NCBI GenBank assembly: GCA_001029675.1
Contig: CP011210.1
Coordinates: 581,663-645,662 of the forward strand
Reading direction: 5' to 3'
From: Candidatus Beckwithbacteria bacterium GW2011_GWC1_49_16
Lineage (GTDB): Bacteria > Patescibacteriota > Microgenomatia > UBA1400 > CG1-02-47-37
Length of the DNA stretch: 64,000 nt
Shown here: one piece after another, positions 19,080 to 29,604 of the stretch
Numbering within the stretch: the stretch's first letter is position 1
Layout: every line of letters begins with the position of its first letter
Notes under the pieces: model-generated
What the model was told of the DNA's origin: nothing
Database searches by the model: none
What the model saw: the letters and a program-made list of their open reading frames with translations, nothing else
Translations under genes and position numbers: made by a program

Positions 19080-20180
19080 ATGATGAGGCTACTACTAATC
19101 ACTTATGAGCTGCCGCCCTTGGGCGGGGGCACGGCCGTGGCTTGCCAAAACTTGCTTCAAGAATTTGCCAAAGAAAAAAACTTGAAAATCGATGTGGTCA
19201 CCGCCTCGCCTGACCAGGATAAAAAAGAAACCTTAGCTAAAAACATTATCGTTCACCGCTTAAGCGTCGGCAAAAGGGGCAGAAACCTGCACCACCAATC
19301 AGGTCTTAACCTGTTAAGGTTTTTGATCCGCTCCTATCTTTGGGCTTGGCCCCACCGCCGAAACTACGACCTGGTTCATGCCTTCGGCGGGTTGCCGGCG
19401 GGGCTAACCGCCTGGGCTTTGGGCCGACAGTATCTTATCTCCCTTCGGGGAGGGGAAGAACCGGGTTATGAAACCCGCTACGATTTTTGGCTTAAGTTAG
19501 CCAAACCCTTTTTGAGCCTGGTTTACCGCCGGGCCAAGTCTTTGGACGCCAACAGCCGCTATTTAAAGCGTTTGGTCTTAAAATCGTTTCCCGGCTTGCC
19601 AATTAAGGTGATCAGAAACGGAGTGGACCAAAGCCGCTTTTATCCGGCAAAAAAGCTACCAACTAAACCGGTGATTTTGTCTACTTCTCGTTTGGGACAA
19701 AGAAAAGGGGTCGAAGACTTGATCGCGGCCATGCCGAAGGTTTTGGCGGCGGTTCCCGATGCCAGGCTGGTCTTGATTGGGGGCGGCCAGCTTGAAGGCA
19801 AAATCAGACAGCTGGTTAAAAAGCTCAAGTTGACAAGGGCGGTTAAGTCTTTCGGTCCAGTGGAACATAAAAACCTGCCGTCACTTTACCGCCGGGCGAA
19901 AATTTTCGTTCTCCCCTCTTTGACAGAGAGCCAGTCAAACTCTCTGCTTGAGGCGCAGGCCAGCGGCCTGCCGGTGGTAGTAACCCGCGTCGGCGGCAAC
20001 CCGGAGACGGTGAACCAAGACAACGGCATTTTGGTGCCGGTCGGTGACTCGAAAGCCCTGGCTGAAGCAATCGTTAAGGCTTTAAATCGACCGCGGCTGA
20101 ATCTTTTGCTCCAAAATAAATATTCATGGGAGAAAACGGCGAATGAATATTTAAAGATATATAATAAAGTTTACCAATGA
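19080..20180 (+). CDS. GT4 family glycosyltransferase
   Basis: MRLLLITYELPPLGGG and ESQSNSLLEAQASGLP motifs. Start reassigned to ATG 19080 because the longer ORF overlaps the divergent gene. Confidence 0.88.
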   Translation: MMRLLLITYELPPLGGGTAVACQNLLQEFAKEKNLKIDVVTASPDQDKKETLAKNIIVHRLSVGKRGRNLHHQSGLNLLRFLIRSYLWAWPHRRNYDLVHAFGGLPAGLTAWALGRQYLISLRGGEEPGYETRYDFWLKLAKPFLSLVYRRAKSLDANSRYLKRLVLKSFPGLPIKVIRNGVDQSRFYPAKKLPTKPVILSTSRLGQRKGVEDLIAAMPKVLAAVPDARLVLIGGGQLEGKIRQLVKKLKLTRAVKSFGPVEHKNLPSLYRRAKIFVLPSLTESQSNSLLEAQASGLPVVVTRVGGNPETVNQDNGILVPVGDSKALAEAIVKALNRPRLNLLLQNKYSWEKTANEYLKIYNKVYQ

Positions 20181-21031
20181 AAACAAAGAAAGTTCTGGTT
20201 ACCGGCGGGGCAGGATTCATCGGCAGTCATACTGTTGACGAATTAAAACGCCTGGGCATTGCCGTTACCATTTTCGAAAGCGACCAGGATGTTAAAAACG
20301 AGATAGTTGTAAAAAAAGCCGTAAAAGGTCATGGTGGTGTAATCCATCTGGCGGCCACTTTGGGCACGCAGGAAACAGTGACCAACCCGAAACCGGTGGT
20401 TAAAAATAATATTCTCGGATCATTGAATATTTTTGAAGCAATCAGGGAAACTAACATTCCGGCCGTCTATATTTCCGTCGGCAACCACTGGATGAACAAC
20501 CCATACTCAATTACCAAATCCACGGCCGAACGCTTTGCTTTAATGTTCAATAAAGAATTTGGGACTAAAATTGCCGTTGTTCGCGGACTCAACGCTTACG
20601 GGCCTAAACAAAAAGACAAACCGGTTCGGAAAATGATTCCTAACTTTATCATCCCAGCCTTAAAAAATGAACCGATCACCATCTACGGAGACGGTCAGCA
20701 AATTATGGATCTAATTTACGTTAAAGACTTAGCTAAAATTTTAGTCCGGGCTTTAATCAAAAACCATGGCGTTTATGATCGGGTATTTGAAGCCGGTATG
20801 GGGCAAAAAATTACCGTTAATCAAATCGTCAAGCTGGTGATCAAATTAACTAAATCAAAATCAAAAATCAGCTATGCCCCGATGCGCCCCGGGGAAATCC
20901 CCAACTCCATAGTCATGGCTAATAAAAAAGTTTGGAATTTGGAAAAATTGGGCTGGCACTCGACCGACTTTACCCCACTAATTAAAGGGCTTAAACAAAC
21001 CATTCGGTATTATGAAGGTTTGTTTCATTAG
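20177..21031 (+). CDS. NAD-dependent epimerase/dehydratase (compact extended SDR)
   Basis: GGAGFIG, HLAA, YSITK and NAYGP motifs. Confidence 0.85.
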   Translation: MKTKKVLVTGGAGFIGSHTVDELKRLGIAVTIFESDQDVKNEIVVKKAVKGHGGVIHLAATLGTQETVTNPKPVVKNNILGSLNIFEAIRETNIPAVYISVGNHWMNNPYSITKSTAERFALMFNKEFGTKIAVVRGLNAYGPKQKDKPVRKMIPNFIIPALKNEPITIYGDGQQIMDLIYVKDLAKILVRALIKNHGVYDRVFEAGMGQKITVNQIVKLVIKLTKSKSKISYAPMRPGEIPNSIVMANKKVWNLEKLGWHSTDFTPLIKGLKQTIRYYEGLFH

Positions 21032-22199
21032 TCATTACGCTTATCGGCTCTTTAACGAAAACAGTCAGATTACTTTCGGGGGCAACGAAGTTTTGTACTT
21101 CTTAATTGCCAAGAAATTGGCCCAAGATAGACGGTTCGGCGTCAGCTTTTTACTGGAAACTGATCGCTCCAAAACCGAAACTATCTCTAAGATCAAGTTA
21201 TTTAAAACTTCTCGACAGCAAGGGTTAATCAAAGGCAACAACAAAACACTGGATTTTTTAACAAAGTTATTTGCCAGAATCGCCGAACGGTTTAACACTC
21301 TTTGGAATTTACCGCATCAAGATTTTTTCCGTCTTGGCGAAAGATTGAAAACTATCAACGCCGACGTTTATATTCAGGGCAGCGCCACTTATGAAATCGG
21401 CCTGGTGGTTTTTTGGTCAAAACTATTTAGAAAAAAGTGCATCTTTTTAATCGGCCATGACGATGATGTCAACCAAACCTATGTTAAAAATCACCGTTGG
21501 GGTAAGATTTACGAATGGGGCTTAAAACACGCCGATTTGATTTGGTGTACCTCTGTTAGACACCAACAACTGCTTTGGAAAAATTATCGACTCAGGGCCA
21601 CTTACATCCCCTACTGGTTTCCGGTACCGAAAAAAATATTGCCGCAAAATAAGCGGCGGCAAATTCTTTGGATTGCCCGGCTCGACCCCTGGAAAAATCC
21701 GGAAGCGTTCTTAAAATTAGCCAAAAGCCTGCCGGGGCAAAAATTTATCATGATTGCCTCTACATCAGAAGGTCACCAGGATTACTTTAAGAAAATTTCT
21801 AACCAGGCCAAAAAGATTCCTAGGCTTTCATTGAAAACGAATGTGCCGTTTTCCCGGATAAGCAAATATTATCAACAAGCAAAATTATTTATTGATACTT
21901 CGGATTACGGCAGTTTGCATACTTCTCACTTAATGGCGGCTGTGGCCGGTACCCCGGCAATTACTCTATTTAGGGATCCTAATGATAGTTTTAAAGAATA
22001 CGGTTGGGGGTTAAACGCTAAGGGCAGCTTTAAAAAATTCAGACAACAAGTTGAGTTAGCTTTAAACCAACCAGGTCTTTGGCAAGAATTATCCCAAAAA
22101 GCCATCATCTTCTCGAAAAAAGTCCACAATCTTGATAAGTTAGTTCACCAATTTAAAACAATGCTTTTAAATTTGTCAACTACCTCGGATAAATCGTGA
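21012..22199 (+). CDS. GT4 family glycosyltransferase
   Basis: MKVCFIS..Y.LF, FGGNE and WIARLDPWKNPE motifs. The EGF motif is degenerate (SDYGSLHT). Confidence 0.8.
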   Translation: MKVCFISHYAYRLFNENSQITFGGNEVLYFLIAKKLAQDRRFGVSFLLETDRSKTETISKIKLFKTSRQQGLIKGNNKTLDFLTKLFARIAERFNTLWNLPHQDFFRLGERLKTINADVYIQGSATYEIGLVVFWSKLFRKKCIFLIGHDDDVNQTYVKNHRWGKIYEWGLKHADLIWCTSVRHQQLLWKNYRLRATYIPYWFPVPKKILPQNKRRQILWIARLDPWKNPEAFLKLAKSLPGQKFIMIASTSEGHQDYFKKISNQAKKIPRLSLKTNVPFSRISKYYQQAKLFIDTSDYGSLHTSHLMAAVAGTPAITLFRDPNDSFKEYGWGLNAKGSFKKFRQQVELALNQPGLWQELSQKAIIFSKKVHNLDKLVHQFKTMLLNLSTTSDKS

Positions 22200-23242
22200 T
22201 GACCAACCGCATATTGATAAGCCCGATCAGATAATCTTCGCCAGAACTTTTGATTGCGGAGAACTTTTTTTAAATACTCTGTCAACATCTTTTCATCGCC
22301 CTTGGCGCAAAAACCCAATTTATTTTGGGAAATGATTTTATCTGGATCGACTTGATAAGAAACGATCGGCGTCATGTTTTTGGCTGCCTGGATAAAAGTA
22401 TTGGGAAAACCTTCACTAAAGGAGGTTGAAACGAAAACTCTCGATTTTCTAAAGAATGCATCTATCTTGTTAAACGGCACCCAAGCGATAAATTGAAGAT
22501 TGCTGATTTGTTTTGCTTTGGCCTTAATGATTTTAAAATAATCTGGGTTATTTTCCGCCGGCGGGCAAATCATGGTGAATTTTTCGCGGGGGAATTTAGC
22601 TGCCAAAGCCAGCAACAGTTCCGGATTTTTCCAAGTTTCTGCCCTGGCCACCCAAAGAATGCCTTGTTTATTGATGTTTTGCTGGCGCAACCGTGGTTTT
22701 ATGGGATAAGCCAGAGGAACAATCACGCTTTTCCCCCTTAGGTTTTTTGACAGTTGTCTTTGTTGGTCTCTTGTTTGACAAACTATTCTGTCCGCCAAAA
22801 TTAAGCCAAAACCAAAGAGTTTCCCCCGCCAGCCGTTTTTCTTCATAAAATCACCGTTGACGTCCTGAATATGGGCCACCATAAAAATAAACTTTTTTCT
22901 TAACAGCCAACAGATTAGCGCGATGAGTCCGGTTTCGGCGCTGGCAGCTCGTTGGATAAAAATGTCAGCATTAATCTGCCTCAACTGAGCCAAAAACTGG
23001 ACAAAAAACCCCAAGTAGCCAAACGCTTGGGGAGACCGAAACATTTGAAAAACTTTAATTTGATCAAAAACTTCTTGCTGATTGTTTTTTTGATTGTCGG
23101 TAAGGAAAAAAATCTTAAAGTTTTTGTTTTTGGCCAATTCTTTGGCCAGAAGATACAGTTGTATCTGGGCGCCGCCGAAAACAATGTTAGATTTGGGATT
23201 AAAAAGAGGGTAAGCAAACCAGTCAATAAAACAAATTTTCAT
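22145..23242 (-). CDS. GT4 family glycosyltransferase
   Basis: FGGAQ, WVARAETWKNPE and SEGFPNTFIQA motifs. Confidence 0.88.
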   Translation of the reverse strand: MKICFIDWFAYPLFNPKSNIVFGGAQIQLYLLAKELAKNKNFKIFFLTDNQKNNQQEVFDQIKVFQMFRSPQAFGYLGFFVQFLAQLRQINADIFIQRAASAETGLIALICWLLRKKFIFMVAHIQDVNGDFMKKNGWRGKLFGFGLILADRIVCQTRDQQRQLSKNLRGKSVIVPLAYPIKPRLRQQNINKQGILWVARAETWKNPELLLALAAKFPREKFTMICPPAENNPDYFKIIKAKAKQISNLQFIAWVPFNKIDAFFRKSRVFVSTSFSEGFPNTFIQAAKNMTPIVSYQVDPDKIISQNKLGFCAKGDEKMLTEYLKKVLRNQKFWRRLSDRAYQYAVGHHDLSEVVDKFKSIVLNW

Positions 23243-24027
23243 TTTTTGATCCTGACGATCATGGAGTAACCGATCGGAAAGGCCGACAGGGCATAATCCC
23301 AGTATTCGGCAATGAAACCCTTTTTATCTCTATATAATCGGCTTAGTTGTCCTACGGCTAAACTTAAAAGGTTGTTAACAATGTAAATTGGATAGATAAT
23401 TTTAAGCGTTCCGAATAAAATCCGGACTACGATATTGCTGAAAATAAATAGCGAGGCAAACAAATTGTTGCTGCCCCGAAGCAAAATAATCTTATCCCGT
23501 TTAAACAGGGACTGAAGTTTGTATTTAGTAAAACGATTAAAGTCGTGGGGAATGCCGTGCAAGGGGAAAATAAACGGAATGGATAAATAGACCAAAGCTT
23601 GATTTTTAGCCACCCGTTTTAACTCGCTGACCACTTGGTATTCATTATCACAATGCTCCAAGACTTCCGAAAGTATAATTACGTCAAAAACATTATCTTT
23701 AAAGGGTAATTGTTCGTTGTTGGCAATGACGTCGGCATAAGAATTTAGATCCAAGTCTACACCAATATATTGATCGTTGGGGAAAAATGCTTGATATGGC
23801 TTGTAGCCACAGCCAAGGTCTAAAATCTTTAGAGGGCTGGCTTTTTTACCAACCAACTCTAACATTCGTTCAAATGTTTCTCTAAAACTTAAGGTCATGA
23901 TATAGGTGTAATCGTAGAGTCTGGGCTTGAGCCGCTCTCTGATAATTGAAGGGTTTTTGGGCAATTTTCCCCGGCCGCGCCTTACCCGATAGTTTTTGTT
24001 TTTTAAAAGCGTTTCAATTTTTGCCAT
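23239..24027 (-). CDS. Class I SAM-dependent methyltransferase
   Basis: ILDLGCG, SEVLEH and HGIPHDFNRFT motifs. Confidence 0.85.
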   Translation of the reverse strand: MAKIETLLKNKNYRVRRGRGKLPKNPSIIRERLKPRLYDYTYIMTLSFRETFERMLELVGKKASPLKILDLGCGYKPYQAFFPNDQYIGVDLDLNSYADVIANNEQLPFKDNVFDVIILSEVLEHCDNEYQVVSELKRVAKNQALVYLSIPFIFPLHGIPHDFNRFTKYKLQSLFKRDKIILLRGSNNLFASLFIFSNIVVRILFGTLKIIYPIYIVNNLLSLAVGQLSRLYRDKKGFIAEYWDYALSAFPIGYSMIVRIKK

Positions 24028-25721
24028 AGTCGATCAATTATATAACCGATAGTTAATCCAATAAACGGCAAAGACTGGGTCATCGAACGGTACTCGACTA
24101 AATTCTTGGCCGTGAGGAAAAAATGGGGAATTTCCAAAAAGAAAACTAAAACCGGAATGTACCGTAATGCCTTTCTCCTTAACATTAACCAGGCGCCGGC
24201 AATAAATAAAACCAAGCCCGTTAGATTATCTTTAAAATAAAGGCCGCCAAAGGTTTTTCTTACACCTGCCAAAGTGGAAATAATTAAATCAGGAAGAGTG
24301 TGAAGTTTAAAAAAATAAGTAAAGGCAGAAATTTCTGGCCCCTGAAACGGATTCATCCGCTCTTCTTCTTTGGTAGGGAATCCCGGTTGCCCAGAGAATT
24401 CAACATTCACATTCCATTTTAAATGATTTGCCTCGGAATAGTTCCAGGTATTGTAAGTTTTAAGATTGGTAATAATAATCGGAGCGGCAATTAAAAATGT
24501 TGTTAACATTATCACCATTCCTGATTTTAATTTTTTTCTGGCAATCATAAATATCAATGCCAGGCCGATTAGCTGGACGATTGAATGAAGCCGCAAATAA
24601 ATGGCAAAAATTATGGCTAAAACTAAAATAACCTTATTCCGATTTTTTTTGAGGTTAGACTCAAACAGCCAGAAAGAAAAAATTAAGATAACAAACGTAA
24701 ACGCCGGATCTCTCAGCCCTCGCGTTGACAAATCGATAAGATAAGGGTGGACGGCAATAAATACCGCGGCTGCGGCGGCGCCGACAACTGAACCGATCTT
24801 TTTGCCATAGGTATAAGTTAACCCAATCGTCAACCAATGAAACACCAGGCTCGATAGCTTTATCGCCATCTCCGAACCATAACCAAACAGTTGCCAAAAA
24901 GTAAGAATAATTAACACGTTTAGACTTTCTTTATTTAGGCAATAATTTCCCGCCAAGGCTGTTGTCAAGTCCTGAGAAAGAAACTTTTCTGTCTGGCTAG
25001 TCAAACAATTGATATCGCTGTCAAAAGCCCGGTAGCGATTTTCAAACAAGCTTTTCCAGGATAAATGCATCCCTAAAAATATCACGGCAAAGACTATCAA
25101 AAACTCAATAGCAATCTTTTTTTTGGGCCGGATAATGAATAGTATCGGGAAAAAAGTAAACAATCCCAGTAAAATCAATGGCGGCATTTTGATTTCTCGC
25201 TGGTAATGCATTAAGTGGAAATCATAAAGGATTACTGCCGGCAAACCGTTAACCTCTTTGTTAGTCGCCTCAATCTTAATCCAAAAGTGCTCGCTATTGG
25301 CAATATATTGATTCAAATCTAAAGGCGGAGCAAAATGTTGAAACCGATTATTTTCAACCAACATTTCCCAGTCCTGTTGATTGGTAGAAATGCTGACTTT
25401 ATTGCTACCGGGGTCAGGATGTGTCAATGAAAGTTGTAATACCGCCACTTGGGCACCGGGTGGTCGAGTAAACTCATACACGACCAGTCCCTGAGTTTGC
25501 GGGTCTAACGATAAATCAATCTTGTCTTCCTCAGACCAACCAGAATATTCAACGGCTTCTGTTCGCAGTTTGTCAAAGTTTCTCCAGCGTCTGCCCATCT
25601 TTACTTCTCCAACTAAGTTCTTCCCCTGCATCGAATTAAATGAATCTTCCAGCCTTGAACGGAAAATAAAAAAATTGAGAAGTAAGACTAAACTGATTAA
25701 AATAACTTTGACTACTTTCAT
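24003..25721 (-). CDS. GT-C fold glycosyltransferase with an N-terminal extracytoplasmic beta-rich domain
   Basis: Signal/TM, then about 155 soluble residues, then a multi-TM region with FDSD and STRGLRD. Confidence 0.65.
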   Translation of the reverse strand: MKVVKVILISLVLLLNFFIFRSRLEDSFNSMQGKNLVGEVKMGRRWRNFDKLRTEAVEYSGWSEEDKIDLSLDPQTQGLVVYEFTRPPGAQVAVLQLSLTHPDPGSNKVSISTNQQDWEMLVENNRFQHFAPPLDLNQYIANSEHFWIKIEATNKEVNGLPAVILYDFHLMHYQREIKMPPLILLGLFTFFPILFIIRPKKKIAIEFLIVFAVIFLGMHLSWKSLFENRYRAFDSDINCLTSQTEKFLSQDLTTALAGNYCLNKESLNVLIILTFWQLFGYGSEMAIKLSSLVFHWLTIGLTYTYGKKIGSVVGAAAAAVFIAVHPYLIDLSTRGLRDPAFTFVILIFSFWLFESNLKKNRNKVILVLAIIFAIYLRLHSIVQLIGLALIFMIARKKLKSGMVIMLTTFLIAAPIIITNLKTYNTWNYSEANHLKWNVNVEFSGQPGFPTKEEERMNPFQGPEISAFTYFFKLHTLPDLIISTLAGVRKTFGGLYFKDNLTGLVLFIAGAWLMLRRKALRYIPVLVFFLEIPHFFLTAKNLVEYRSMTQSLPFIGLTIGYIIDRLWQKLKRF

Positions 25722-25738
25722 CGATTATAATTATAGAC
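25722..25738. promoter_or_regulatory. Bidirectional -10 element in a 17-bp divergent spacer
   Basis: Palindrome TATAATTATA gives TATAAT 7 nt before the GTG (+) and 8 nt before the ATG (-). No room for an SD. Confidence 0.6.
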
Positions 25739-26743
25739 GTGAAACCAATCAAAGTCTGCTTTATTTCCCTAAAAAGCTATCCGCTTTTTGTTAAAAACTC
25801 TCTCGATTATTTCGGCGGCGCCGAAGTACAAATGAGTTTAATCGCCCGGGAACTAGCCAAAGACAAACGTTTTGGAGTCAGCTTAATCACCGGTGATTAC
25901 TCCCAACCGCCGATAATCAAACAAGGCCGCGTAACCTTACTCAAGACTAAGTTGATTGATTTTTTAACAGTCCTAAAAACCGTTGACGCCGATGTTTACG
26001 TCGAAAGAACCATCAATCCCAAAGTGTTACTGGTCGGCTGGTGGTGTCGTTTGTTTAAAAAGAAATTCGCCTACATGGTTGCCCACGACTGGGATTGCGC
26101 TTACTTCCGACTGAAGCTGGCAAATTTAATTATCGCCCAACACCAACTGCAAAGTTTTGCCCTGAAACAAAATTTAAAGCTCAAGAGTCTGGTGATGCCT
26201 TCGCTGATAAAAATGAAGACTGAAGAGAAAACGCTCAGGCGTCAATATATTTTGTGGGTGGGCCGGGCAGACAAGTGGAAAAATCCGCTCAAGTTTCTTG
26301 ACCTTGCCAGGCACTATTCTCAAGAAAAATTTGTCATGATTTGCCGTCAGGGCAAGAATAAGGCCTTATTCAATCTGGTTAAAAATCAGGCGAAATCACT
26401 CACCAATTTAAGCTTTGTCCCGGCCGTGTCAGCGGAAAAAATTTCAACCTTTTTCCTTCAGGCCAAAATTTTAGTTAACACCTCAACCGCCGAAGGTTTT
26501 CCCAACACTTTTCTCCAGGCCGGGGCCGCCAGAACTCCTGTTTTGTCCTTTAAGGTGAATCCTGATAGTTATATAATTAGATACCAATGCGGCTTGATTG
26601 GGGACAAACGGCTAAAAGAAATTTTAAATAATCCTGCTGGGTTAAAAACTATGGGCAGAAATCATTATGATTATGTTAAAAAATATCATGGTCTAAAAAA
26701 TATTGACATCCTTAAACAGGGATTGTTGAATTTAATTCAATGA
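25739..26743 (+). CDS. GT4 family glycosyltransferase
   Basis: KVCFISLKSYPLF, FGGAE, WVGRADKWKNP and AEGFPNTFLQA motifs. Confidence 0.88.
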   Translation: MKPIKVCFISLKSYPLFVKNSLDYFGGAEVQMSLIARELAKDKRFGVSLITGDYSQPPIIKQGRVTLLKTKLIDFLTVLKTVDADVYVERTINPKVLLVGWWCRLFKKKFAYMVAHDWDCAYFRLKLANLIIAQHQLQSFALKQNLKLKSLVMPSLIKMKTEEKTLRRQYILWVGRADKWKNPLKFLDLARHYSQEKFVMICRQGKNKALFNLVKNQAKSLTNLSFVPAVSAEKISTFFLQAKILVNTSTAEGFPNTFLQAGAARTPVLSFKVNPDSYIIRYQCGLIGDKRLKEILNNPAGLKTMGRNHYDYVKKYHGLKNIDILKQGLLNLIQ

Positions 26744-28071
26744 AAATTGTAAAAATTATCTCTACTTTCATTCTTATTTCTTTTTTTAGTTTAATTCTCT
26801 GGTCGTTTTTATATAGTCCCACTCGTGAAGTTACCCCAATATATTCCTGGTTATCGTTTGCCGCCGACTTACCTTACAGCGATAAAACAGTTTCTTTAAC
26901 CCTCGGAAAAAATCAAACCGAAGCGCAACTGACTATCGATAGTAATGACCAAGAAAAACCGGTCTATTATTCACTTACCAATTTGGGGGTAAAAACAATT
27001 AAGCCCCGAGTGATAATTAACGGCCAGGATTGGTTTTCCGATGAAGCTATTTTGGGTTCTGCCTTAAAAAATCTTGATAAGGATACTGCCACCAACCAGG
27101 AAAAAGTGCTGGCGGTATTTAAATTTATCACCGATAATCAACTTCATTGGTATACTCCGTTATACGGCACCAGTTATTATTACCTTGATAATCCTGTCCG
27201 GTACCTGAACAACTGGGGCTATGGTTTTTGTTCCGACTCGTCAACGGTTTTAATCCAGCTGTTAACTTTTGCCGGATATAATGCCCGTTTGGTCAATCTA
27301 GTCGACCATGTCGTTGCTGAAGTGTTTTATGACGGGGCGTGGCACGTTTTAGACCCGGATATGGAGGTTTATTATTTAAATCAGCAGGGCAAAATCGCCA
27401 GCGTCGAAGAAATTGTCGCCGACCGCCGACTCCTCGACTCTCCCATCTGGCTCAGAGATATTAATGCCGATGTTAAAGAGTCAGTTCGGCAAATCCTGAT
27501 CAAAGCCTACTCCCAGCCGGCTGCAACATTTACCCCGGCAGAAAGAGGTTTAAGTAACCAAGAATATCAAAGCGAGTTTAGCTATCGTTTGCAACAAGAC
27601 GAAGAAATCAGGTTTTATTATGACTTTCCTGGCAGGTATTATTGGGGTTACAGCGACGAAAAGCCGCCTGAATTTACCAATGGAGTGTTGATTTCTAAAA
27701 ACCGCGGCGGTTTGATCCGGACTGCCTTACCCTTTCCGATTGTTTCAGCTTATCTTTATAAACCTGACCTATGCCAGACAGTAATCAAGCCCAGATTTTC
27801 TTTAAAAGGCGGTCGTTGGCAAAAGCTAACCGGCTGCCAAGACGATATTATTAAAATAACTGATCATTTCCCGACCGGAGAAGGAACTTACCCGACGGAG
27901 AAATATTTTTTGCTGCTGCCATTCAGCCTGACTGATTATCAACTATTAACCCAATTTCAAACAGCGTCAAAGTCAATTCCTCATCTTAATGACGGGGCTA
28001 ATGATATTGAGCTAAAAGAAGCGTTAAATTCTGATATTAAGCTTGAGTTTGGTTATGTGCCACTGGATTAA
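26740..28071 (+). CDS. Membrane-anchored transglutaminase-like (Cys-His-Asp) protein
   Basis: N-terminal TM; GYGFCSD, HVVAEVFYDGAWHVLDP. Confidence 0.75.
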   Translation: MKIVKIISTFILISFFSLILWSFLYSPTREVTPIYSWLSFAADLPYSDKTVSLTLGKNQTEAQLTIDSNDQEKPVYYSLTNLGVKTIKPRVIINGQDWFSDEAILGSALKNLDKDTATNQEKVLAVFKFITDNQLHWYTPLYGTSYYYLDNPVRYLNNWGYGFCSDSSTVLIQLLTFAGYNARLVNLVDHVVAEVFYDGAWHVLDPDMEVYYLNQQGKIASVEEIVADRRLLDSPIWLRDINADVKESVRQILIKAYSQPAATFTPAERGLSNQEYQSEFSYRLQQDEEIRFYYDFPGRYYWGYSDEKPPEFTNGVLISKNRGGLIRTALPFPIVSAYLYKPDLCQTVIKPRFSLKGGRWQKLTGCQDDIIKITDHFPTGEGTYPTEKYFLLLPFSLTDYQLLTQFQTASKSIPHLNDGANDIELKEALNSDIKLEFGYVPLD

Positions 28072-28796
28072 ACAAACTTTGTGTAAGCTTTGATAACGGT
28101 TTCTGGTTTATCGTTTAGGACAATCTTGCCGTGATCCAGCCAAACCACCCGATCGCAAAGTTCTTTAATCTGATCTAATTCGTGGCTGACAATGATAACG
28201 GTTTTTCCCTGACGTTTCATTTTCTCAAAAACTCTTTTTGATTTTTGCCTGAATTCATAATCGCCGACCGCCAACACTTCATCGAGTAGAAAAATGTTAC
28301 CGGCAGACTGAATGGCAATCGAAAACGCCAGTCTTACCTGCATTCCCGTAGAAAAATTTTTTAGTTTTTGGTTAATAAACGGTTTAATCCCTGCAAAGCC
28401 AATAATTGTTTCCAGTTTCTCGGCTATTTTTTTTCGACTCATACCTAAAATTACCCCGTTTAACCAAATATTATCCAAGGCCGATAAATCAGGGTTAAAA
28501 CCGACTCCTAATTCTAAAAACGGCACTAATTGTCCGGTAATCTCAACCTTTCCCTGATCAGGTTCATAAATGCCGGCAATAACTTTTAACAAAGTAGATT
28601 TGCCGGAACCGTTGGGGCCGATTATCCCCAACCATTCTCCTGGTTCCACCGTTAAGTTAATCTGGCTTAAGGCCCTAAATGATTCCTTCCGACTCCTTAA
28701 TTTAAAATTCAACAGCCGTTCACGCAGCGAATCCATTTTTTCCGTCGGTATTTGAAAAGTCTTAGTCACGTTATCCAGTTGTATCGCTATCAACAT
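28068..28796 (-). CDS. wzt: Polysaccharide ABC transporter ATPase
   Basis: GPNGSGKST, ELGVGFNP, FSTGMQVRLAF and LDEVLAVGD motifs. No C-terminal carbohydrate-binding domain. Confidence 0.92.
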   Translation of the reverse strand: MLIAIQLDNVTKTFQIPTEKMDSLRERLLNFKLRSRKESFRALSQINLTVEPGEWLGIIGPNGSGKSTLLKVIAGIYEPDQGKVEITGQLVPFLELGVGFNPDLSALDNIWLNGVILGMSRKKIAEKLETIIGFAGIKPFINQKLKNFSTGMQVRLAFSIAIQSAGNIFLLDEVLAVGDYEFRQKSKRVFEKMKRQGKTVIIVSHELDQIKELCDRVVWLDHGKIVLNDKPETVIKAYTKFV

Positions 28797-28801
28797 AGTC
28801 T

Positions 28802-29581
28802 TTAAAAATTATCATTAACTCTTTTAATCTGGCCTTGAAAAAATATCCGCCCGACAATTAACACCACTATTGCCAACATTAAGGTGTAGCCCAGCAGCCA
28901 CCAATCAATTACCTGACCGGTGATTAAAATTGCCTGGGATTGGGTGATGATAACGGCCATCGGATTTAATAAAAACAGTGACTGGTATTTAGCCGGAACG
29001 TAACTCAACGGATAAATAATCGGGCTCAAATACAGCAGTAATTGCAACAATACCTCCCAGATAGATAGCAGGTCTTTCAATTTGGTGTAACCGATACTCA
29101 AAAAGAAGTTCAAACCGATAATCAGTATTGTTAAAATCAAAACCAGTAAGAAAAAATATGGAAGATTGAGTAAAGAACCGTCAGGCTTGACCCAAAACCA
29201 AAACCCCAAGAAGGCTAAAAACCCAAAAAAGAAACTGATAAAAGAGTTGACCACCGAAGTCAAGATGGCAATCGCCTTGGGAAAATTTACTTTAAGAATA
29301 ATGGTTGATTTTTCCGTCAGGCTGGTAATACCCCTAAGCGTCGCTTCGGCAAAATAGGAATAAATGAGTAACCCTAAGAGTAGATTTAAAGAGTAAAGTC
29401 TATCCTGAATTTTAAACGCCAAGGAAAATACCGTAACCATAATGGCAAAAATTAAAAAAGGTTTGAGTAGTACCCAAATAAAGCCAAGTAAAGAGTTGTG
29501 GTAGCGCAGGACAAAATCAGTTCTGACCAATTCATAAAATAAGTCCCAGATGTTGCCACTGAATTTAGGTTTACTCATCAT
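28802..29581 (-). CDS. wzm: Polysaccharide ABC transporter permease
   Basis: RY..SLLGFIWVLLKP, YLSPIIYP and LNPM motifs. Confidence 0.9.
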   Translation of the reverse strand: MMSKPKFSGNIWDLFYELVRTDFVLRYHNSLLGFIWVLLKPFLIFAIMVTVFSLAFKIQDRLYSLNLLLGLLIYSYFAEATLRGITSLTEKSTIILKVNFPKAIAILTSVVNSFISFFFGFLAFLGFWFWVKPDGSLLNLPYFFLLVLILTILIIGLNFFLSIGYTKLKDLLSIWEVLLQLLLYLSPIIYPLSYVPAKYQSLFLLNPMAVIITQSQAILITGQVIDWWLLGYTLMLAIVVLIVGRIFFQGQIKRVNDNF

Positions 29582-29604
29582 CGATATTATACTAGGATTA
29601 GCTC

